Of a stretch of DNA of 49,746 nucleotides, positions 1-8,817 are shown one piece after another. The DNA is from an uncultured Alphaproteobacteria bacterium (GTDB lineage Bacteria; Pseudomonadota; Alphaproteobacteria; CAAHEQ01; UBA3637): positions 1-49,746 of the forward strand of contig CALXPF010000002.1 in NCBI GenBank assembly GCA_944390205.1, given 5' to 3'. Numbering within the stretch: position 1 is the stretch's first letter; every line of letters begins with the position of its first letter. A program made the translations under genes and the position numbers. A model generated the notes under the pieces. The model ran no database searches. It was given only the letters and a program-made list of their open reading frames with translations, and was not told the DNA's origin.

Positions 1-2
1 TT

Positions 3-1571
3 TTAAAGATGGGGTGGAAACTCCCTGTTTTGATGAAAGCCAACGAGATTGTGTATGGGGGAAACGACTTGATCTGTGAACCGAGCGAGATGGATAACAG
101 AGAAACGGCCACTATGGTGTTTTTGTTTGATGAGGATCTGGACGAGACGGCACTGCCCAACTGGTATTGTGAGGAAGATTCGGATTGTAATGCTTGCCAA
201 CGGTGTCAAGAGAACATTTGTGTGTCCTCCTGCGAAGGGTATGAGCGATGTGCTCAAGATACGGAGACAGGGGAACAGATCTGTTGCCCGAAAGAGAGAG
301 GCTCAGGCCCCTATTGTTGTGCGAAAGCGGTGAACGGGATGTGCTGTAATGAGGACGATCAGTGTTGTCCGTGGCATAAACCGTTGATTAATAGAAACGG
401 AACGTGTTATTCATGTGACAATGAAGCAGGTGTGGATGTGACCGGCGTAGAAGGGAACTGTAGCGTTTGTACGAATAGAGAGGTGTGGGAATTAGATAGT
501 GCAAATATTCAATGTGTAATTCCGTGTCCTTTTGATAAACCGCTGAGAGGTCACGATGGTAAATGCTATTCTTGTGATTATCCGAACCCGATTACCGTGA
601 ATCAAGATGTTTGTGAGCGTGTTTGTCCTAATCGAATTGGGAATGGCAATGTAAACTCACATTGTTCACTCCCTTGCGGAGAGGGGACATTTACGGGGCA
701 GGATGGGAACTGCTATTCTTGTGATGAAGAAAAGAATGTGAATGTATCTGGGGTTTCTCATGAGGGATGTGAACAGTGCCCAAACCGAACTCAATATGGA
801 TCTCATTGTGTGGAAGATTGCCCTCAGGGGGAGTTTAAAGGGATAGATGGTATTTGCCATCCTTGTGATTATCCAAACCCTGTTGATTTCTTTTATCCCT
901 CTTCACCATACTGTCATACGGTATGTCCTAATCGTGTTTCTAATGGTTGGAGTGAACGCTGGTGTTCTTTACCCTGTGGAGAAGGAACTTTTACGGGGAG
1001 TGACGGAAAGTGTTACTCGTGTGATGAAGAAAAAAATATCTATATGTTAGGGGTTACACACGATGGTTGTGAACGATGCCCCAATCGTCGATTAACGGGA
1101 AACGCCTGTATTTTAGATTGCCCTATGGGAGAAATAAAGGGAGATAATGGAATTTGCTATGATTGTGATTACTCTGAACCAATTGCCGTATTTAATTTGT
1201 CGAAAGAAGAATGTACTGCTAAATGTCCCAATCGCATTGCCAATGGAACTTTAAATAGGTATTGTTCTATTCCCTGTGGAGAAGGAACATTTACGGGAGG
1301 TAATGGGAAATGCTATACTTGCGATGAAGAAAAAAATATTGATGTAAATAGTGTTTCTCATGAAGGCTGTGAACAATGTCCCGATTCAAGGAATTTATAT
1401 AATCTCATGTGTGTTCCAAAATGTTCCGGAGATACCCCGCTCAGGGGCTTGGATAACAAGTGCTATCCGTGTGATACCGAAACGAGGGTTCCGGTCACGA
1501 ATATGACGGATGCGTGTTATGAATGTGCCGATCAGCGAAAACTCGATGGAAACTATTGCGTTTTAAAATAA
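3..1571 (+). CDS. Cysteine-rich tandem-repeat protein, 5' end probably outside the window
   Basis: The long ORF (track 9..1571) stays open in frame to the window edge, and its first residues show no signal peptide. Cys-rich modules of ~45-50 aa recur (C-x2-C-P-N-R ... C-x3-C-x2-G-x-F/K-x-G-x-D/N-G-x-C-Y-x-C-D) in two alternating subtypes. The DNA string 'ccctgtggagaaggaac.tttacggg' recurs near 972 and 1272. Confidence 0.7.
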   Translation, partial: LKMGWKLPVLMKANEIVYGGNDLICEPSEMDNRETATMVFLFDEDLDETALPNWYCEEDSDCNACQRCQENICVSSCEGYERCAQDTETGEQICCPKERGSGPYCCAKAVNGMCCNEDDQCCPWHKPLINRNGTCYSCDNEAGVDVTGVEGNCSVCTNREVWELDSANIQCVIPCPFDKPLRGHDGKCYSCDYPNPITVNQDVCERVCPNRIGNGNVNSHCSLPCGEGTFTGQDGNCYSCDEEKNVNVSGVSHEGCEQCPNRTQYGSHCVEDCPQGEFKGIDGICHPCDYPNPVDFFYPSSPYCHTVCPNRVSNGWSERWCSLPCGEGTFTGSDGKCYSCDEEKNIYMLGVTHDGCERCPNRRLTGNACILDCPMGEIKGDNGICYDCDYSEPIAVFNLSKEECTAKCPNRIANGTLNRYCSIPCGEGTFTGGNGKCYTCDEEKNIDVNSVSHEGCEQCPDSRNLYNLMCVPKCSGDTPLRGLDNKCYPCDTETRVPVTNMTDACYECADQRKLDGNYCVLK

Positions 1572-1668
1572 TCTTTGAAAAGATTCGTTCCTTTTGAGAG
1601 ATTGATTTTGAGATGATTGCTTGATTTGTACTTTTCAATAGTCTGTTGTGGATTGTTTTGAAGATGAG

Positions 1669-3573
1669 CTAGAAAAACTTTTTAATTCCTATTTTAAATG
1701 TGTTTTGGCTGTGGTATTTTTGATCCTGAAACTGATAACTCGTGATCAGATCAAAGTTGTGTTTAAGATGTATGGATAGGTTCCCCGAGAATCTTGTTTG
1801 ATTCATCCATTCATTATCCGAAAAATCTCGCGCCGTTTCTATTTGAGCGGATATTTTATGGCCGGTATAAAGCCATCCAAACGATGGTCCGATCATACCA
1901 CCAAAATTATGAGGCATAATTCCGCCCCCGTTAATCCCCGTGTTGAGAAAGGCGTAAATCGATTGCGTGGGTGTCAGACGAAAAGTGAGCCCGCTCCCGC
2001 CTTTGATTTCATAAACCAAACCGTCTTTTTGTGTTTTGGGATTCCAAATTCGATGAATGCCGGTTTTAATTTGAAATGACGGAGGATGAAAAAGAGCATT
2101 CCATGGAGAAAGCGATGTAATTTTAACCAAATCCAAATCTTGAAAAACAAAACGATGTGTTCGATTTTTATAGCGAACCGTTGTGTTTAAAAAGTTAATC
2201 TCCGCTCCCGAAAGCAATCCCTCAACCGGATCCGTTAAGGAATGATAGGCCGGTCTTATGGAGATTTCTTCAAAAGTTTCACCGTTATGAGCGCCGGTCT
2301 CAATGGATATCGCTGATGAATCATGAGCCGTTAACGGTGAAGAACCGATCATTTTAGGCGGTGTTGACACATATCCTAAATCTCTTCGCTCCTTTAAAAG
2401 AGAAAATGTTTGAGGACGATATTCCTTTAAGGAAATGTCTTGATTGATCCATTGGTACTGAACGTATTCGTAGGCGGTTTCCAAAACAAGGGCTTTTTCT
2501 TCCGTGGATAAATCGCTTTGAATCGGCTCCGGTTTTTCCAAGCGCTTTTTTAACAGTTGTCGTTGTGTTGGGGTCATTGCATAATAGGCTTCTTGAATCC
2601 TTTTTTGACGAGACGGCCGATAAGTCGTATCTAAAATGAAATGATCTTGATTTGAAACAGCCTTAAGCGTGTCTAACGGAATGGCTTGTACCGGAAATTG
2701 ATCTGCTAATTTTAATGAGGGCCTGACGGCATCTAAAACTTCCATCAGTAAATAGGAACAGTTTCGAGTGAAAAAATAATAGCGGGCACGGGTATGACCA
2801 AGTTCCCAGAGGTGAGCAACCATCCATTCTTGTTCCGTTTTAGTTAAATTGAGTTTAAATTCCCAAATATCTCGATTTTCTATGTTGTTGTACATGTTGA
2901 TGACGGCATAATAGGGTTTGACCGTAAATCCGCCCCAGTATCCGCCGGTGAGCCCCAAAACAGCAAACAAAATACCATTATCGTCCGGATTGATAAAGGC
3001 CCCGTAATTCATTCCGTGAGCAACCAATTGGGTTCGTCCCTCCGGAATATCAATTCTAAAAAGCGTATGTCCGAACAAAGAAGATGGGTTATTCATGTAG
3101 GCGTCCGTATACAGGAGCGTGACGCCTGCCGGATTTAGATCTTTTTGAAATTGCTCATATTCAGGACAGGAGGGAAAATCTTTTTGAATAAGATCTCGCT
3201 GTTTTAAATAGGTATATCGAGCGGGAAATAAACATTGCTTGTCACGATCCGATCCTTCAAACAGTTGAATGGTCGCTTTCAGTTCCTGTTGCGGATCTGT
3301 CCTCCCTGATTCGGATAAAAAGAAATTATCTCCATCTATCGTACTGCGGAATCCTCCCGTTATTGTCGGTCGGTAATGAACCAATGCCAGCCAAAGCGGA
3401 TCTGAACCAGCTTCTTTCTCTCTTGAAAAATGTGTTGAACCGGTGTCTTGATTTGATATATTCGGAGATTTATTTTCAAGTAAAACGGCGTGTCCGATTG
3501 TAATCCCCGTGAAAAAGAATAAAAAAAAGGTCATACAGAAAATATGTACAACCCTTTTTAATCTCATGACCAA
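1669..3573 (-). CDS. DUF4105 (Lnb-like) domain protein with outer-membrane-style C-terminus
   Basis: 634-aa ORF with an N-terminal hydrophobic signal or anchor. The motif 'WLALVHYRPT..GGFRSTIDGDNFFLSESGRTDPQQEL' is typical of DUF4105 proteins. The C-terminus ends '...FKIGIKKFF', with the terminal aromatic residue expected of a beta-barrel signal. Assignment is by motif memory only. Confidence 0.65.
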   Translation of the reverse strand: MVMRLKRVVHIFCMTFFLFFFTGITIGHAVLLENKSPNISNQDTGSTHFSREKEAGSDPLWLALVHYRPTITGGFRSTIDGDNFFLSESGRTDPQQELKATIQLFEGSDRDKQCLFPARYTYLKQRDLIQKDFPSCPEYEQFQKDLNPAGVTLLYTDAYMNNPSSLFGHTLFRIDIPEGRTQLVAHGMNYGAFINPDDNGILFAVLGLTGGYWGGFTVKPYYAVINMYNNIENRDIWEFKLNLTKTEQEWMVAHLWELGHTRARYYFFTRNCSYLLMEVLDAVRPSLKLADQFPVQAIPLDTLKAVSNQDHFILDTTYRPSRQKRIQEAYYAMTPTQRQLLKKRLEKPEPIQSDLSTEEKALVLETAYEYVQYQWINQDISLKEYRPQTFSLLKERRDLGYVSTPPKMIGSSPLTAHDSSAISIETGAHNGETFEEISIRPAYHSLTDPVEGLLSGAEINFLNTTVRYKNRTHRFVFQDLDLVKITSLSPWNALFHPPSFQIKTGIHRIWNPKTQKDGLVYEIKGGSGLTFRLTPTQSIYAFLNTGINGGGIMPHNFGGMIGPSFGWLYTGHKISAQIETARDFSDNEWMNQTRFSGNLSIHLKHNFDLITSYQFQDQKYHSQNTFKIGIKKFF

Positions 3574-3577
3574 AACC

Positions 3578-4045
3578 TTAGGCCGCTTGAATTTCTAATA
3601 AGTCTAATAATTTTGTCGCAACGGCGATCACTTGAACATTCTCGTCCGGAAACAACTCGTTAAAGTGCTCTTGTGATACGGCGGCAACCTGTTCTTCCGG
3701 AACATTTAAAATGCCGGCAATGGTTGTCAATGTCTCACCGCTTCCGCGAGAAGCGTCAAAAGCATATTGATCCATATTATTCTCTAAAAACGCAAAGAAC
3801 ATTTTTTGAGTGCCTCCCGTGATACGACCGTTCGGATCACATCCCGATGTTCCGGATGAAATACCAAATGTTTGGTTTCCAAAGATACCGTTTGTCGTAA
3901 CAGCCAATACCTGCGGAATGGCACCGGATTGACCGCGCCATGCCATACTGCCCAGTCCGCAACCCGTACTATCATGAGCGGAAGCCATGTGAGACATCCC
4001 GATAACAGCTAAAACAGCAACCGAAGTGAAAATAAGTTTTTTCAT
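3578..4045 (-). CDS. DUF3015 family secreted protein
   Basis: 155-aa ORF with signal peptide 'MKKLIFTSVAVLAVIGMSHMASA'. It has the DUF3015-like motifs 'GCGLGSM' and 'QTFGISSGTSGC'. It lies 4 nt upstream, on the same strand, of the DUF4105 gene, a pairing seen in other bacteria. Confidence 0.65.
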   Translation of the reverse strand: MKKLIFTSVAVLAVIGMSHMASAHDSTGCGLGSMAWRGQSGAIPQVLAVTTNGIFGNQTFGISSGTSGCDPNGRITGGTQKMFFAFLENNMDQYAFDASRGSGETLTTIAGILNVPEEQVAAVSQEHFNELFPDENVQVIAVATKLLDLLEIQAA

Positions 4046-4250
4046 TGTCTATCCTTTCTTTCTAAATAGCATAGACCATCGTACAGGGATCTTTTCAGAA
4101 AATCAAGCGTGTTTTTGCATAAGACCCGATAGAGACGCTTATTTTTTTTATAACCGTATGGTAGGATAAATAAATTTATAAAAAAAAAGAACCGTAGAGA
4201 TATTTCAGATCTTAAAATTTATGAGTTGTATTTCGATAGAAACCTTTATC

Positions 4251-5513
4251 TCAACGAGCCGGCGGAATAACATCAATTAATGCCAGTCGATTCTTGTCTT
4301 TCTCGACAATTGTAAATGTAAAACCGTTAATGACAAAAGATTGACCGACTGTCGGAATGCGTTCCGTCTCATACATAATGTATCCGGCTAAAGTGGCGGC
4401 ATTGTCATCCGGTAATTCCCATTTGAAGTGACGATTGATATCTCGAATGGTCGCAGATCCTTCCAGTCGAAAGGCCCCCGAATCGGTTTTGTGAATCTGT
4501 AGGGTCGATTCTTCCGGCGGATCGTTTTCATCCGAAATATCACCAACGATTTCTTCCAGAACGTCTTCCAGTGTCACAAGGCCCTCTAGCACACCATATT
4601 CATCCACAACCAATGCAAAATGTTCTCGTCTCTTTTTAAAAGCATGTAGTTGATCCAAAAGAGATCGTGTATTGAGAACAAACCACGGCTTGGAAGTATA
4701 ATCTTGAATATGAATGTTTTTATACCCTTTGTAGTAGGTATTCATGATTCTTAAAAGAGCTTTAGAATGTAAAATGCCGATAATGTTATCCCTTTTTCCT
4801 CGCCACAAAGGAATGCGACTAAACGGACTTCGGGAAACAAAATCAAATATCTCCGAAAGAGGTAAATCGGCATTCAGAGAAATAATTTGACTGCGATGGA
4901 TCATAATATCTTCAACCGTCACATCTCCTAAATCCAAAACACTTTTAAGCATACCGCTTTCCTGACATATATCCGGATCATCCGTTTGCAAGTCTAACGC
5001 TCCTCGAATTTCCGCTTTAATTTCATCGGCAGAAGTTTTCCCTTGATCTGATTTGGGTAAAAGTTTCATGATTTGACGAGAGAGCAAATTTAATAAATTA
5101 ACAATCGGAGTCATAACCGTCACAAAAACGGATAAAAACGGTGCCGCAGACATGGCAAATGAAAAAGCATTGTTGATCGCATAGGTCTTTGGCAATATTT
5201 CCGAAAAAACCAAAACGACGGTACTGACGACAAAAGTGGAAATTAAAACCCCGTAATGATCCCCGAAAACTTCTATTAACATACTTGTCGATAAAGCGGT
5301 GATGGCAATATTAACCACATTGTTTCCCAATAAAAGAGATCCCAATAATCGAGCAGAATCATTTTTTAGAAGATTTAATCGATAGGCTCGAACGCTTCCT
5401 TGTTTGGCGTGTTCATGTAAAAGCGGTTTTGAAACGGCCGTGACGGCTGTCTCCGTTCCGGAAAAGAAAAAGGATAATCCCAGTAGAAAAAGAAGAATGA
5501 GGTATTCTGTCAT
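4251..5513 (-). CDS. HlyC/CorC (CNNM) family transporter: DUF21 membrane domain, CBS pair and CorC_HlyC domain
   Basis: 420-aa ORF. It has N-terminal multi-helix hydrophobic segments, a CBS-like middle ('VEDIMIHRSQIISL', 'IPLWRGKRDNIIGILH') and a C-terminal 'ALVVDEYGVLEGLVTLEDVLEEIVG' motif typical of this family. Confidence 0.85.
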   Translation of the reverse strand: MTEYLILLFLLGLSFFFSGTETAVTAVSKPLLHEHAKQGSVRAYRLNLLKNDSARLLGSLLLGNNVVNIAITALSTSMLIEVFGDHYGVLISTFVVSTVVLVFSEILPKTYAINNAFSFAMSAAPFLSVFVTVMTPIVNLLNLLSRQIMKLLPKSDQGKTSADEIKAEIRGALDLQTDDPDICQESGMLKSVLDLGDVTVEDIMIHRSQIISLNADLPLSEIFDFVSRSPFSRIPLWRGKRDNIIGILHSKALLRIMNTYYKGYKNIHIQDYTSKPWFVLNTRSLLDQLHAFKKRREHFALVVDEYGVLEGLVTLEDVLEEIVGDISDENDPPEESTLQIHKTDSGAFRLEGSATIRDINRHFKWELPDDNAATLAGYIMYETERIPTVGQSFVINGFTFTIVEKDKNRLALIDVIPPAR

Positions 5514-5514
5514 T

Positions 5515-6177
5515 TTAAACTAAATTAGGTCTCTTTTTTTTTGAAGCTGATTTATAAAATTTACATCGGTTGTTTGTCGATCGGTTTGAAGAGGAACCAG
5601 ACGTCGTCGGTATGGGTTTAATCACTTGCCGTCTCTCCAATTCCTTTAAAACACGATTAGCCGTTTTAAAGGGGGGCTCATTAAACGATTCGACCATAAT
5701 ATCCGCTTTTGCGTAAATCGGGTATCGTTCTCGGACAAGACGTTCAATGGCGCGTTGGTTGTCTGCAGCCGGAACAAAAGGCCTGTGTGTGCGCCCTTGT
5801 GTTCTTTTTGATATAATCTCCGTTTCTGCCTTGAGCCAGACGGATATGGCTGATCTTGAGGCAGCTTCTCTTGTTTTTTCCGATAAAAACGCTCCGCCTC
5901 CCGATGATAAAATACAGGGCTTTCCGGATAAAAGACGGGCCATGATTTTTTCTTCCCCCGTTCGAAATTCTTGCTCCCCGTATCGTGCAAACAAATCCGA
6001 AATGGTAAAGCCCGTAATTCGTTCAATTTCCTTGTCACTATCAATGAAAGGTAAGTTCAGACGCTTCGATAAAATCCGACCCAAGCTGGTCTTCCCGACT
6101 CCCATCATGCCGACAAGCAAAATAATCTTTGGTTCCAATAACCGGTGTTTCATGTTCTCTTCTTGACAAATAACCAA
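5515..6177 (-). CDS. aroK: Shikimate kinase
   Basis: P-loop 'LVGMMGVGKTSLGRIL', followed by 'FIDSDKEIE' and 'GGGAF' motifs. An alternative start is M9 at 6153. There is a Ser/Lys-rich C-terminal extension. The gene sits 1 nt from the downstream CNNM gene. Confidence 0.85.
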   Translation of the reverse strand: MVICQEENMKHRLLEPKIILLVGMMGVGKTSLGRILSKRLNLPFIDSDKEIERITGFTISDLFARYGEQEFRTGEEKIMARLLSGKPCILSSGGGAFLSEKTREAASRSAISVWLKAETEIISKRTQGRTHRPFVPAADNQRAIERLVRERYPIYAKADIMVESFNEPPFKTANRVLKELERRQVIKPIPTTSGSSSNRSTNNRCKFYKSASKKKRPNLV

Positions 6178-6343
6178 TAAAATTGTACACTCCTTCGTAT
6201 CATATCAATTTTTAGGACTTTTGTCCAGTAAAGGATCAAAAAAATGCGTAACAGAGAAGAAAAAAAGCATTACTTTATTAAAATCTTGTTTGTTTTGGTT
6301 GTCATCTTCCTTGCCGTTGTCGGTTTTATGGATTTTAATCCCC

Positions 6344-7912
6344 ATGTTCAACAAATTGAAAAATCCGTTCCAATTGAAACCAATTCCTGATTTTTTGAAA
6401 AGGATTTGTTTGTGCCTCGCTCTTCTTTTGGCTGAAAACGTTTCGGCAAGCGAGGTTGTGATTGAAACACTCCCTAAACTCTCTTTCAATACGGTGGGAA
6501 CAGAGACAACGACGGATCCTCACTTGTTTGATCAATCGGATCCGCAAGTCATTCAAAACCTGATACAAAAGATGGGCTCAAAAAGTTTTTCACCCGCTCT
6601 TTTAAGGACGGTACGCCATATGTTGATTATGGATACGGAGGGGACAAACTTTGGAAATCAGGTCTTTCAACAGGACTCTTTTTTGCAAACGAGATTAAAC
6701 GCCCTTTTGGACTTGGGATTGTTTGAAGAGGCCGTCGCATTGACCGAAAAAATCCCCGTTTCTCAAATGAATGATTCCGTTTTTCAACTGGCCGTTCGTG
6801 CTCTTTTGTTGAAGGGGGACACAAAAAAAGCCTGTGATCTATCTCAACAAAGAGAGTTGGGAGCTTTTTCCGAAAAAATACGCATGAATTGCTTTTTAAT
6901 ACAAGACGACAAGGAAAAGGCCGGTTTAACGTTTGATGTATACGCAGAGCAACCGTCTGATGATGATCCGTTGTTTTTGGCTCTCGGCAGGCAAGTCTTT
7001 CATGAAGAAAATGTTTCGATCCCCTCGGAAAAAATTGATCCGGAAGACGTCTTTTTGTTGTCTTTTGTGTCAGAAAAATATCCACACTTATCCTCTCAAA
7101 ACAGAGGTGTTTTGAGAGTTTTGAGCGCTTTGCCCACAACGCCTCTTCCCCTTCGCTTGAAATACGGAGAACAAGCCGGATTATCACAAGAAGAAATGAT
7201 TAAATTATATCAAATCCCGTTGTTGAAAACCCCTTTGACGGAAGAGCCTCTCAAACGAGCCGACCTGTATCAAAAAATTCAAAAAACATCACCGGAAAAA
7301 AGAGTATCGATGGTTGCCGAATTTATTCGATCGGTTCGAAAGTCCGATTTGTTCCTTGCGTTAACTCCCGTTATAAAAACATTGTTGGATGATATAGAGC
7401 CCAATCAAAAAGCAACCGCTCTTGCTTTTGACGCCGTTCAGATCTATGCGTTGGAATCCGATTTCTCACTGGCTGAAAAATGGTATGCTGTCCTTGAACA
7501 TAATGATGGTGTGGAAAATCGTAAAAATCAATTGCTCTTAATGCCGTTGATGGCTCATATTTCCCAAAATCAATTTTCATCATTTCAAAAACTTGTGGGG
7601 TTATGCGTCACCGGTGCGGATGATCGGAAATGCCAACGTTTTTGGGAAATATTACCCCCCGATTTTCAGGCCTTTTCATCCGATTTTTTGGATATAATCG
7701 TTCCGTATGAAATGACAAAATTACCCGATGTTTTTGTGCGTGAACCGGCTTATTTATATGCTTTGGGAAAACGAGGAGAGGCGTTGCTTTTGGCTCTTCT
7801 GTTGTTGGAAAAATCAACCGGTTTTGAAAAGGAATTGATCGGGCTTCTCAAACAAAGCGGACCGGAGTGGAATGCTTTTTATATAGAAACGGAGCGGTTG
7901 ATTTATCCATGA
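6344..7912 (+). CDS. Hypothetical exported helical protein
   Basis: The track ORF (6221..7912) begins at a TTG. The first ATG (6344) gives a plausible signal peptide '...KRICLCLALLLAENVSA|SE'. No family was recognised. The stop overlaps the xerD start (ATGA at 7909..7912). The true start is uncertain (6221, 6344 or 6410). Confidence 0.55.
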   Translation: MFNKLKNPFQLKPIPDFLKRICLCLALLLAENVSASEVVIETLPKLSFNTVGTETTTDPHLFDQSDPQVIQNLIQKMGSKSFSPALLRTVRHMLIMDTEGTNFGNQVFQQDSFLQTRLNALLDLGLFEEAVALTEKIPVSQMNDSVFQLAVRALLLKGDTKKACDLSQQRELGAFSEKIRMNCFLIQDDKEKAGLTFDVYAEQPSDDDPLFLALGRQVFHEENVSIPSEKIDPEDVFLLSFVSEKYPHLSSQNRGVLRVLSALPTTPLPLRLKYGEQAGLSQEEMIKLYQIPLLKTPLTEEPLKRADLYQKIQKTSPEKRVSMVAEFIRSVRKSDLFLALTPVIKTLLDDIEPNQKATALAFDAVQIYALESDFSLAEKWYAVLEHNDGVENRKNQLLLMPLMAHISQNQFSSFQKLVGLCVTGADDRKCQRFWEILPPDFQAFSSDFLDIIVPYEMTKLPDVFVREPAYLYALGKRGEALLLALLLLEKSTGFEKELIGLLKQSGPEWNAFYIETERLIYP

Positions 7913-8814
7913 AAGAAGATACCTTGATTAACTCGTTTTTGGAAATGATGACGGCCGAACGAGGGTCCAGTCAACGAACGATAGAAGCCTATAGAAATGA
8001 TTTGTCGGATTTGTTTTCTTTTTTAAAAATGAGGGGAATTCACCCTGTCAAAGCCAAAAGAAGTGACTTGAGGGCGTTTGTGCAAACACTTTCTGAAAAC
8101 GGATTGTCCGCCAAGACGCAAAGTCGTAGGTTATCTGCCATTCATGAATTTTATCGGTTTTTATATTCGGAAGATCAAATTCAAAAAAATCCGGCGGATT
8201 ATTTACAATCTCCCAAAATAGGAAAAGCATTACCGAAATATTTGTCTGAAACGGAAATTACACAATTAATCGCGGTGGCGGAGCGAAAGAATCTTCGAAT
8301 GAAAACATTGCTGGAGATTTTATATGCTACCGGAATGCGCGTGAGTGAATTGGTCTCTTTGCCACTCTTGTCAATAACCGCCGATAACAAAATGGTTATG
8401 GTGCGCGGAAAGGGAAATAAAGAGCGAATAATCCCTTTAAATGAACCGGCCTCCAAGGCATTGGAACAGTGGCTTATTCAACGGGAATTTTTTTTGAAAA
8501 AGGGGCGAACATCAAAGTGGCTGTTCCCCTCTGCCGCTAAAGAGGGACATTTGACCCGAGACGGCTTTTTTAAAGCCCTTAAAGAGATTGCATCAGAGGC
8601 CGGAATTGATCCGGCTCGTGTTTCTCCCCACGTTTTTAGACATTCTTTCGCCAGTCATTTAATCGCACATGACGCTGATTTACGGTCTGTTCAAAAAATG
8701 TTGGGACATGCCGATATCGCAACAACCGAAATCTATACTCACATTTTGGAAGAAAGATTGAAAAAGACGGTTGAAAAATCTCATCCTTTATCGTATAGTG
8801 GCGGAAAAGGGTAA
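7909..8814 (+). CDS. xerD: Site-specific tyrosine recombinase XerD
   Basis: The N-terminal 'FLEMMTAERGSSQRTIEAYRNDL' core-binding motif is present. The catalytic region reads 'ATGMRVSEL...', 'HVFRHSFASHLIAHDADLRSVQKMLGHADIATTEIYTH'. The start was moved to the ATG that overlaps the upstream stop. Confidence 0.85.
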   Translation: MKEDTLINSFLEMMTAERGSSQRTIEAYRNDLSDLFSFLKMRGIHPVKAKRSDLRAFVQTLSENGLSAKTQSRRLSAIHEFYRFLYSEDQIQKNPADYLQSPKIGKALPKYLSETEITQLIAVAERKNLRMKTLLEILYATGMRVSELVSLPLLSITADNKMVMVRGKGNKERIIPLNEPASKALEQWLIQREFFLKKGRTSKWLFPSAAKEGHLTRDGFFKALKEIASEAGIDPARVSPHVFRHSFASHLIAHDADLRSVQKMLGHADIATTEIYTHILEERLKKTVEKSHPLSYSGGKG

Positions 8815-8817
8815 AGA

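Noticed and set aside
5646-6166. 132-aa minus-strand and 139-aa plus-strand ORFs overlapping aroK
   Set aside because: Both are nested within the clearly recognisable shikimate kinase frame and have no recognisable motifs.
6244-6390. 48-aa ORF ('MRNREEKKHYFIKILFVLVVIFLAVVGFMDF...') with AAGGA 8 nt upstream and one TM helix, overlapping the 5' end of the 6221..7912 ORF in another frame
   Set aside because: This is plausible as a small membrane protein, but it is too short to support from sequence alone. It conflicts with the ATG-6344 start model of the larger gene and is left unresolved rather than called.
6627-7187. 186-aa minus-strand ORF inside the 6344..7912 gene
   Set aside because: It is antisense to a longer ORF that is translationally coupled to xerD. 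Its Arg/Lys-rich, low-information composition is typical of antisense frames in AT-rich DNA.
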